Assembly (NCBI GenBank): GCA_963840645.1
Contig: CAWIZL010000004.1
Location: 203,470 to 267,469, forward strand
Direction: 5' to 3'
Length of the DNA: 64,000 nucleotides
From: Candidatus Doudnabacteria bacterium
GTDB lineage: Bacteria > Patescibacteriota > Doudnabacteria > UBA920 > VMFF01
Numbering within the stretch: position 1 is the stretch's first letter; every line of letters starts with the position of its first letter. Under the pieces are notes generated by a model. That model made no database searches. It had not been told where the DNA came from and saw nothing but the letters and a program-made list of their open reading frames with translations. Below, in pieces: positions 20,960-28,038 of the stretch. Made by a program: the position numbers and the translations under genes.

Positions 20960-21410
20960 ACGTTGGTTCTCCTTTCACCCAGTATACCGGAAGCGACAAG
21001 GTGTCTGATATTCGGGGTACCTGCCAACTCCCCGTTGCCTCTTTAGAAAATAATTCTTCTCTACAGCACTCCTTATTTCCACAGCGGTAGCTACAGGTAA
21101 GTCTTTCAGGATATCTTCGAGTGGCTTATTTGATTTTTTTCCACCGAATATAGATTCTTCCAATAATCTCTTTGCCTCGTCAATGGCTTCGTGCTCAGAC
21201 GTTTCGGTAGCTTTTTTCCAAGCAGCCTCCAACGAATCTCCCAGATCCTTCTCTGCCAGAAAACATAGCCAAAAAACAAAGGATAGCGTGTCGATCTGCT
21301 CATCAGTTAATTTCAAACTGCCCTTTGAAATCAGAGTAATTAATTTATCCTCAGAAATCTGGCTCATCCTTTCTTCAATGGCTTTTAAATTATACATGGT
21401 AAATAAACTA

Positions 21411-21520
21411 GATGAAATTATTTTTCAGCAAATCAGTAAGAACGGCCTGGACAACAGGCACGGCAACGGCATTGCCAAATTGCCGTACAGGGCTGTTGCC
21501 GAAAGACCTAGAAATGAAGT
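21411..21520 (-). pseudogene. 3' remnant of a C5 DNA cytosine methyltransferase (motif X only)
   Basis: The minus-strand frame reads NFISRSFGNSPVRQFGNAVAVPVVQAVLTDLLKNNFI*. QFGNAV.VP is C5-MTase motif X. Homology stops at the repeat core at 21521. Confidence 0.7.
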
Positions 21521-21606
21521 TGGTAGCCGAACAGGATATTTATTTGAAAGACTTGGTACGGGAAATATACAATATTAGGGCAAAGGTGGCAACTTTGGTC
21601 GTGTAA
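21521..21606 (+). repeat. att-like repeat copy 2 (core + arm encoding VAEQDIYLKDLVREIYNIRAKVATLVV*)
   Basis: Core TGGTAGC at 21521..21527. The arm aligns with copies 1, 3 and 4. The left flank is unrelated to the other copies. Confidence 0.85.
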
Positions 21607-21613
21607 ATTCTGG

Positions 21614-21654
21614 CATAAAAAAATAATAGGGTCGCCAGAATTAACTGACGACCC
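21614..21654 (-). terminator. rho-independent terminator of module B
   Basis: Stem GGGTCGCCAG / CTGACGACCC, then a T-run on the minus strand (ATAAAAAAATAATA on plus). Confidence 0.6.
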
Positions 21655-21746
21655 ATGAGAAACCACCGCCTACGGATGATCTATGGCATCGAGGCTTCGT
21701 AACATTTCCACGTCATTCTCGGCCTCAGCTTTTTTCCTGAGCTGCC

Positions 21747-21899
21747 TCAGAAAGTAAGCGATCCGTCGGAGCTGTAAGTGACTAAGGGCAAGCTGAGCCC
21801 CTCCACGCCACTGTTCGCCCTTGGCTCCAACAGCTGGTTGGCGAATCTGCCAAGAATCTCACCCAGAGATTCCAATAGTTCTGGTGCCTTTTTGAACAT
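21747..21899 (-). CDS. small hypothetical protein (50 aa; may extend to 21670 if frameshifted)
   Basis: ATG at 21899 is preceded by GAAGGAGGTGGGT. Not in the ORF track because it is under 60 aa. A second frame continues as RRIAYFLRQLRKKAEAENDVEMLRSLDAIDHP*. Confidence 0.45.
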   Translation of the reverse strand: MFKKAPELLESLGEILGRFANQLLEPRANSGVEGLSLPLVTYSSDGSLTF

Positions 21900-21916
21900 A
21901 CCCACCTCCTTCTATC

Positions 21917-22420
21917 TTACTTCGCGGTAACCCAAGGCTGGAGCAAAGTGCACTTGCCGATGGTGCTGTATAGCAGCTGGATTCCCGGCGTCCGCAGCTG
22001 CTCATCAACCTCATACTGTTTCCTTTCAGTAGAAGCTTTAGAACCGAGCTGCGTTTCGATCCACCGCTTCATCGCTGCGTCCAGGATCAGTGACGCCTTG
22101 CAAATTTCTGTGTTGCCAGCGTGCCCCCGCGCCACGGCGTTCGCGAAATTCTCGATGATGTCGAGCGACTGGTTACGGATGTTCGACTGGAGTGCCCGTT
22201 CGGCTTCGCCAGCGTCGGTAATGTAACGCTCTCGCCCATCCACTTCTCTTTTTTCAACAGTCCATCGGACGTTGATCAGCTCGACGATTTTCTTGTCGGC
22301 GAGCTGATCGTTGGCGAGCTTCGTTGCGGCTGCCAGACTGGCAGGCGTTGCGGTTTTCGTTTGCTGGGCGAACGACGTGCCCAGTACGAGCAAGGTAAAG
22401 GCGATGAGTTTCTGCGTCAT
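21917..22420 (-). CDS. secreted hypothetical protein
   Basis: MTQKLIAFTLLVLGTSFAQQ is signal-peptide-like. 167 aa. No recognised domain. Confidence 0.55.
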   Translation of the reverse strand: MTQKLIAFTLLVLGTSFAQQTKTATPASLAAATKLANDQLADKKIVELINVRWTVEKREVDGRERYITDAGEAERALQSNIRNQSLDIIENFANAVARGHAGNTEICKASLILDAAMKRWIETQLGSKASTERKQYEVDEQLRTPGIQLLYSTIGKCTLLQPWVTAK

Positions 22421-22539
22421 GGTCTTGCACACTCCACTTTCCCCTGGTTACTCCCAGAGAATCAAAGAGCCTACGGTGAAAGTAAGCACCTGGATACTCT
22501 GGAAGTAAACATATTTGAAAAATAAACCTCCTTTGTGCT

Positions 22540-22578
22540 CTCACCTCAACAAACCAGAGACTGGTTTATTGAGGTGAG
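22540..22578. terminator. long perfect hairpin, probable terminator after the 22674..23015 gene
   Basis: CTCACCTCAA-C-AAACCAG-AGA-CTGGTTT-A-TTGAGGTGAG. A T-rich tract follows on the minus strand. Confidence 0.55.
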
Positions 22579-22673
22579 TCCGCGACGTTGGTGCTGTCGC
22601 GGCAAGTGTGCGTGTACGCTATCGGCCGAAGGGGTCATCTGCGTAGAGTGCGAACGAGCGCAGGGTCTCCTGC

Positions 22674-23015
22674 TTAAACGCAATACTCGCAGGTGGACAG
22701 ACTGGCTGCATTCTCACATTGTCCGAAGAACCACGTGTGCGCCCCGCAGCGGCACGTGAGGCGGTACGCTGGTGTATTTGGAACTCCAGAGCGACTGAGC
22801 CCGCTCTGCAGCTCAACGCCACTTGCTGACCGGTAGCGGTCGAAGTACTCCAGTGAAGCATCGTGGCTGTGGTGCTCGGCGGCAAAGGCAGTGAAACCTT
22901 GAGCCTCACCAATTGATTCGAACTCGTGGTCTACGGAGATGCCTTTGTTCGGTTTGAACCGAACAGTCCATCCGATGAACGTGCCCGTGACAACCTGTTG
23001 CGTAGCGTTCGGCAT
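22674..23015 (-). CDS. hypothetical protein with C-terminal Cys-rich (zinc-ribbon-like) tail
   Basis: GAAGGAGAAAAGCAA precedes the ATG. The C-terminus reads CRCGAHTWFFGQCENAASLSTCEYC. An upstream TTGACA promoter carries the palindrome AGCAAATAGTTTGCT. Confidence 0.55.
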   Translation of the reverse strand: MPNATQQVVTGTFIGWTVRFKPNKGISVDHEFESIGEAQGFTAFAAEHHSHDASLEYFDRYRSASGVELQSGLSRSGVPNTPAYRLTCRCGAHTWFFGQCENAASLSTCEYCV

Positions 23016-23200
23016 TTGCTTTTCTCCTTCGGAATGTAGAAACCTCGCTATTGCTAGCTATCGAAAGAGTAGCAAACTATTTGCTTTTTGTCAACGGATA
23101 TTGCGCAATATAAATTCTGGTTTAGTACAAGATCCAACTTACGAGAACATTGCTTAAATAAAATTTCGAGCTGCTCCAGCTCACTCAATTCCCAAAACAA

Positions 23201-23326
23201 TACCAGACAGCTGATCCTCACTGCGTGAGGAACACCTGCCTGGTAGCCGAACAGGATCTTTATTTGAAAGACTTGGTACAGGAAATATACAATATTTGGG
23301 CTAATGTAGCAATCTTATCTGGGTAA
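23201..23326 (+). repeat. att-like repeat copy 3 (hairpin left arm + core + arm encoding VAEQDLYLKDLVQEIYNIWANVAILSG*)
   Basis: Core at 23241..23247. About 40 nt left of the core is shared only with copy 4 and contains nested inverted repeats (CCTCAC-TGC-GTGAGG). Confidence 0.85.
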
Positions 23327-23425
23327 AGAAAAGCTGCAGCTCCTGAGCAATAGAGCTTTTACTGCACCTGAGACAGTTGCCCGAAACTATCCTTTGTGAT
23401 AGTCTCCAGTTGAATTGGAGGATTA

Positions 23426-23765
23426 ATGCTTACACTTTCGCGAGTTCGTCGGGCGCTGCACCTTGAAGCATCGATACGAGATCCGCTGACAACAGCCTTG
23501 GGACTTATCCGAATGAGGGGGTTGGACTACATCGGTATCAATGTTCGCTCTTTGCCAACAGACAACAGGGTGGTCATCGCTCGCTACGCGACGGCTCTAC
23601 GCCAACGTTCCACTGGATCAGTTGCTCGCAGAGCCGATTCCAGACGACTTAATCGAACAGATCCGATCTTTGTTTCCAGAACGCGAATGCTGCGTAATCC
23701 CAATCGTAACAGCAGACGATTTGGAGAAAGAGAAACGCTGGTTCCAAAGCATGAACGCTGAATAG
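23426..23765 (+). CDS. hypothetical protein, probable frameshift near 23600
   Basis: GGAGGATTA precedes the ATG at 23426. The acidic C-terminal part (23541..23765, ...PLDQLLAEPIPDDLIEQIRSLF...) is in a second frame. A terminator follows. Confidence 0.4.
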
Positions 23766-23788
23766 CGAAAGTGAGCCGTAAAATATTA

Positions 23789-23827
23789 CCCCGCCTCTAT
23801 CCTTCAAGATTGGCGGGGTTCATTTTT
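23789..23827 (+). terminator. rho-independent terminator
   Basis: Stem CCCCGCC / GGCGGGG followed by TTCATTTTT. Confidence 0.6.
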
Positions 23828-23856
23828 AAAATTAGACAGCGAAGAAAAGATACCCG

Positions 23857-23976
23857 TACCAGGCAGCTGATCCTCACTGCGTGAGGAACACCTGCCTGGT
23901 AGCCGAACAGGATGTTTATTTGAAAGACTTGGTACGGGAAATATACAGTATTCGGGAAAAGGTGGCAACTTTTTGA
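23857..23976 (+). repeat. att-like repeat copy 4 (hairpin left arm + core + arm encoding VAEQDVYLKDLVREIYSIREKVATF*)
   Basis: Core at 23897..23903. The left arm is the same as in copy 3. Confidence 0.85.
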
Positions 23977-24058
23977 AGCTTAAATAGGGAATTCCGCCAG
24001 CTGTACAAAGCCATATTTTTATTCTATAATTTTTTATACAAATCCCACATCAAACACA

Positions 24059-25082
24059 ATGCCCAACCAACTACTGCTGAACAGAAACGAGGTCACGCAG
24101 GCCCTCTCCGCGGTGCTTGAAAATCCTGAAAAACTTTAAACCAAGCCACATCAATTTTTATTTTGATAGCTACTATGGCTCAGCTCTGCTGTCTAAGCTG
24201 TCGAACGTCTTTGCCTTACCGAATGAACAGGTAATAGTTGGCTACGGAATTGAGGATATACTGCGAACAATTTTTGATTCTCTGAGCAATGAAAGTGACA
24301 GCGTTCTAACCCACGAGCTGCACTACACCTACTACGACAAGTACCTGACTTTCAAGAAAATAAAAGTGGAGCTGTTCAAGTTGAGTGAGAGCACAACCTC
24401 TTTTGAGTTTGACATTGAAGACTGCCTCAACCAAATCAAGTTCGTGCATCCAAAAATTATTCTCGTTACATCTCCAAATAATCCAACAGGAAATTCGATC
24501 GCCGTCACTGACCTAAAAAAAATTTTGGCAGAGGCAGATAAGAGTAGCCTGGTCATTCTCGATGAAGCCTACTACGGTTTTGATTCAGTATACGACGAAA
24601 AGGGCATCCTATCTTTGCTCGGCGAGTACGATAACTTCGTTATCCTGAGAAGCTTCTCTAAGCTGTACGCGCTGGCTGGTATGAGGATAGGCTTCGCGCT
24701 CTGCGGCAAAAAGGTAAGGGAAATGATCGAGTACCAAGATCCGTATTTAGGCGGCAGCAGAATTTTGGAAGAGGTGGCAATCGCGGCACTCGAATCAAAG
24801 GAATACTACGCCAATCTTTCAAATGAAATCATCCAAGATAGAGAAAATTTTACAGCAGGGGTAAATAGCCTATCGCACTTCAAAGCCTACACCTCAAGAG
24901 CTAACTTTGTGCTGGTGAAAGTGTCCGACGAAGCCAAGCTGCTGATGGAAACAAAAATGGAGCAGCTAAATCCACTCATAGCAAAATTTGTCACAGGTAA
25001 CTACATGCGTCTGTCCATTGGAACAGAGCAGCACACTCAAAAATTTCTAGAAGTTCTGTCTGACGTAAACGGAGAGGTATGA
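24059..25082 (+). CDS. class I/II PLP-dependent aminotransferase (histidinol-phosphate aminotransferase-like), apparent frameshift near 24100
   Basis: SPNNPTG, DEAYYGF and RSFSKLYALAGMRIG (PLP lysine). The N-terminus MPNQLLLNRNEVTQ lies in another frame starting at 24059, downstream of TATAAT at 24024. Confidence 0.75.
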
Positions 25083-25713
25083 CAAAGGCAGTCTTGTTCG
25101 ACATGGATGGCCTCCTGGTGGACACAGAGAACGTAGATTTGAGTGTTGCGGTAAAAATCTGCCACGAGATGGGAATAGACCTGACTGACGAGGAGAAGGA
25201 GAGCCGCGTCGGCGTGGCTAGCAGAAAATTTTACAGCGGCTCTTTGAGAAGAGACGAGTTCATTTTGATCTAGAAGAAGTTTTGAGCAAGCACTTCAAGA
25301 TTTATGATGAGCTGCTAGAGGTTGGCCTGTGTCACTTTCCAGGAGCGAAATCTTTGCCAGCACTGTTAAAGTCACGAGGCTATAAATTAGGATTGGTATC
25401 AGGTAGTACCAGGAAGCAAGTTGAAACAATTCTATCACAGTTGGGTATAAAAAACTTCTTTGGTGTCATTATTGCAATAGAAGATGTTGCTCACGGAAAA
25501 CCTGATCCAGCTGCATACCTACTCGCTGCACAAAAATTGCAGGTCACCCCAGAAGAGTGTGTCGTTTTAGAAGATGCTCTCCCTGGCATCACAGCGGGCA
25601 AGAGAGCGGGTATGAAAGTAATTGGCGTTACCAATAATGGCGGCCAAGACCTATCACTAGCTGACTTGGTTGTTAACGGTTTGGACGAAGTTGAGATTGG
25701 AATGCTAACATAA
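25079..25713 (+). CDS. HAD-superfamily hydrolase (beta-phosphoglucomutase/phosphatase-like), apparent frameshift near 25245
   Basis: LFDMDGLLVDTE (motif I), SGSTRK, GKPDP and LEDALPGITAGKRAGM (motif IV). ORFs 25079..25273 + 25282..25713. Confidence 0.75.
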
Positions 25714-25717
25714 CTTT

Positions 25718-26476
25718 ATGAAAACGAAGATTTACGAAAGCTTGGCAAACCTATTTCCCCTGTGGAGAGAAACAATCCTCGGCAAGCAAGGGCACGAGAA
25801 GACAGAGGTAGATTTTGTCACCAGTGTATTGAACAAGTACCCATCTGAAATCAAGAGCGTGATTGACCTCGGCGGTGGGGTTGGACTGCACTCGCACCTG
25901 CTCAAAGAATCTGGCTACGATGTGACCTTGTTTGATAGGTCTGAAAAGGCACTGCAAATCGCAAAGGAAAATGATCCATCGCTCAAGGTGGTTCAAGGAA
26001 GCTTTGAGGACATAGGCGTTGCGGGTTCATTCGATGCGTCAATCTGCCTGTGGTCTACCCTGTCTTACGTCTACTCGGAAGACGGCAGGAAAAAATTCTA
26101 CGATTGGCAGAAAAATCATACGGGCAAGGTCATCATCCTAGACGAGGCAAACTTCTACCGATACTCTGAAAATTTCCACAAAGTTTATTTTGGCGAGGAC
26201 AGCAACCACATAATGAAAGTGGTTCGCGATTGGACGTTAACGAAAGATAACTTAAAAGAAACCAAGTTCACTTACGAAATCACCGATAAAAATACTGGCA
26301 GGACAGAGACTATCGAGGACGCAGAGAGCGAGCAATACGTGCCAGTGGAAAAGCTGGAAGAATACCTTGGGGCAGAATGGAAGCTACAGTACCTATGCGG
26401 AGATTACAATTTAAATTCTGCATTTGATAAGACAAACTCATCCAGAATTATCGCCGTATTCTTTAAGTACAGATAG
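25718..26476 (+). CDS. class I SAM-dependent methyltransferase
   Basis: Motif I VIDLGGGVGLHS followed by an acidic residue (LFDRS). Confidence 0.7.
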   Translation: MKTKIYESLANLFPLWRETILGKQGHEKTEVDFVTSVLNKYPSEIKSVIDLGGGVGLHSHLLKESGYDVTLFDRSEKALQIAKENDPSLKVVQGSFEDIGVAGSFDASICLWSTLSYVYSEDGRKKFYDWQKNHTGKVIILDEANFYRYSENFHKVYFGEDSNHIMKVVRDWTLTKDNLKETKFTYEITDKNTGRTETIEDAESEQYVPVEKLEEYLGAEWKLQYLCGDYNLNSAFDKTNSSRIIAVFFKYR

Positions 26477-26495
26477 TGCACCGCGCACACAGCCG

Positions 26496-26566
26496 TTGAC
26501 AAACTCACCCGCTGCGGCTTTTCATTAATGACCGCTTTTGACAAAACCACCCGCTGCGCGTATACT
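26496..26566 (+). promoter_or_regulatory. two 21-nt direct repeats (iteron/operator-like); the second forms a consensus promoter TTGACA-17-TATACT
   Basis: TTGACAAACTCACCCGCTGCG at 26496 and TTGACAAAACCACCCGCTGCG at 26538. TATACT at 26561..26566. Confidence 0.6.
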
Positions 26567-26573
26567 TCCATCA

Positions 26574-26856
26574 CAACTTAATAACTCAGCAAGAATCATC
26601 ACACGAGGGTAGGTGGTTTCCAGTCGCCACGGATGGGCGGCCTACCGATAACACATAAAGGAAACCTTCGCAGCCATTGCCAGGCTGCGCGATGTACGAA
26701 TGGGTGGGCGCCCAGTTATAAATAAGTCCCTTGCAGGCAAACCAAAACGAAAGGTTTTGAAATGCCTGCATTCAGCGTGCTGGTCTGTACCCAATACAGC
26801 CAGCTGACAAAGAAATACAGCCACGACACAACCCCAGTACCGCCTGGGGCTTTTTT
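26574..26856 (+). ncRNA. candidate structured non-coding RNA or single-strand origin (sso) of the adjacent RCR replicon
   Basis: No convincing ORF, but many complementary segments: GGTAGG/CCTACC, CGCC/GGCG, AAACCTTCG/CGAAAGGTTT, GCAGCC/GGCTGC, TGCAGGCA/TGCCTGCA and CTGG-CTGTA/TACAG-CCAG. Ends with CCCCAG-TACCGC-CTGGGG + T6. Confidence 0.4.
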
Positions 26857-27027
26857 ATCGCACCCTCACACTACTGGCTGCCCCCACGCCGATGGCTCGG
26901 CGAGAGGTGCGCCAGCACCGGGGGTGTCGCGGCGGGGATGGCGGCACGCCGCCAACCCGCCTGTGTTCTGCTCCCCGTTCCCGTCCCCTGTATCACTAGA
27001 TACTAGGTACACGTTAGGCGGAAACGT

Positions 27028-27897
27028 ATGAAGCTGACGAGCGTCAAAACCATCATCCTTGGCTCCAAGGTCAAGTTCCTGTACTTCGACACGCCCATCA
27101 GCTACGACTTCGAGAACATCGCGGCGCAGCAGAGAAAAAGCGGGAAAGAAATAATTACGATTGGAGACGACAGGGGCGACAGCATGGAGCTGTCTGCGCT
27201 CAAGGCCAGGTCACGGCTGAGGAACTTAGTCTGGTGCAACGCGTGGCAGTACAAGAAAGCAAACGGCAGCCTGTTTGTCCCTCAGTTCTCGACGTTCACC
27301 TTTGACCGCGACGTAGTGGACTTCGCCACGGGACACCCGCTGTACAACAACTTCATCAAGCGGCTCAACTATCAGTTCGATGAGAAGGTGCTCTGCATCA
27401 CGGTTCCTGAATTTCAGAAAGACACGGACTACCACGGCAAGGTCAAGGAGCTGGGCGGCAGGGTGCACTACCACGCCGTGTTCTTCAACCTGCCGTACCT
27501 GAAAAACCCTCATGCGTTTTTGAGCGACACGTGGGGCAACGGGTACGTGTTCAGTAAGTCAATCAACTCCGTGCAGCACCTCTCGCGCTACGTTACCAAG
27601 TACGTCCAGAAAGACCTAGAAAACAAGCACATCAAGTTCAAGAAGCGGTACTTAGTCTCGCGCGGCATCAAGCGGCCTGTCGAGATCTACGACCAGCAGT
27701 TCGCCGTTGACTTCGAGCGGTACATCTCCGCGCCAGGTATCCACACGACCAGAGAAAATGACTACGATTCCACTGACGGCAGGAAGATCCACGAGCTGGA
27801 GCTGACGTTCCCCGACGGATTCGATTTGTCGAGCCTCGTTGGTGAGACACCACAGGACACGCTGAGGCTCGCCCAGCAGATGGGAATCACCCCATGA
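27028..27897 (+). CDS. rolling-circle replication initiator (HUH endonuclease, phiX174 gpA / microvirus VP4-like)
   Basis: Motif 1 FSTFTF, HUH motif VHYHAVFF, and two-tyrosine motif YVTKYVQK. Confidence 0.8.
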   Translation: MKLTSVKTIILGSKVKFLYFDTPISYDFENIAAQQRKSGKEIITIGDDRGDSMELSALKARSRLRNLVWCNAWQYKKANGSLFVPQFSTFTFDRDVVDFATGHPLYNNFIKRLNYQFDEKVLCITVPEFQKDTDYHGKVKELGGRVHYHAVFFNLPYLKNPHAFLSDTWGNGYVFSKSINSVQHLSRYVTKYVQKDLENKHIKFKKRYLVSRGIKRPVEIYDQQFAVDFERYISAPGIHTTRENDYDSTDGRKIHELELTFPDGFDLSSLVGETPQDTLRLAQQMGITP

Positions 27898-28013
27898 CGG
27901 ACGAGGAGACACAAAACTTCCGCGACCTTCAGCAGGCTCTCGTCGAGCTCGCCTTTGCGTTTTGGCGCGAGGAAAAATTACAGCAGATGACGGAAAACAA
28001 AAAGGATGTATAA
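27894..28013 (+). CDS. small helical protein (39 aa) translationally coupled to rep
   Basis: ATGA overlap with the rep stop. Sequence MTDEETQNFRDLQQALVELAFAFWREEKLQQMTENKKDV. Below the ORF-track length cut-off. Confidence 0.4.
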   Translation: MTDEETQNFRDLQQALVELAFAFWREEKLQQMTENKKDV

Positions 28014-28038
28014 TACAACCATTCATTAAATATCTACC

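Larger units (their letters stand above)
19812..21026 (-). mobile_element. IS3-family insertion sequence, complete ends, 3-bp target duplication
   Basis: Imperfect terminal inverted repeats start TGGCAGGTACCC at both ends. They are flanked by direct ACT (19809..19811 and 21027..21029). Carries orfA/orfB. Visibly GC-richer than its surroundings. Confidence 0.9.
19562..21397 (-). pseudogene. HEPN / Abi_2 (AbiD/AbiF)-like gene disrupted by an IS3 insertion
   Basis: ORFs 20975..21397 and 19562..19825 are in frame once 19812..21026 plus one ACT is removed. This gives a 205-aa ORF (...NYFLKRQRGVDNLEYFTDKIRLY...). It contains KKIRDDISHGRI, an Rx4H HEPN motif. Confidence 0.75.

Noticed and set aside
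21412-21606. ORF-track entry 21412..21606 (64 aa) as a real gene
   Set aside because: Its N-terminal part is the antisense of the methyltransferase remnant. Only the last ~28 codons (the repeat arm) are conserved, and the other copies lack the upstream part.
18514-23976. The four repeats as tRNA 3' fragments, integron attC sites, a DGR template/variable repeat pair, or dif/Xer sites
   Set aside because: The reverse complement ends in GGCTACCA like a tRNA, but no T-arm or acceptor pairing can be drawn. There is no integron integrase, reverse transcriptase or Xer gene in the window. The differences among copies are not adenine-specific. The in-frame continuity with the serine recombinase explains the conservation better.
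26762-27031. 89-aa ORF between the structured region and rep
   Set aside because: It reads straight through a GC hairpin + T6 terminator. It has a weak ribosome-binding site. Its Pro/Gly/Arg-rich second half simply mirrors the GC-rich spacer.
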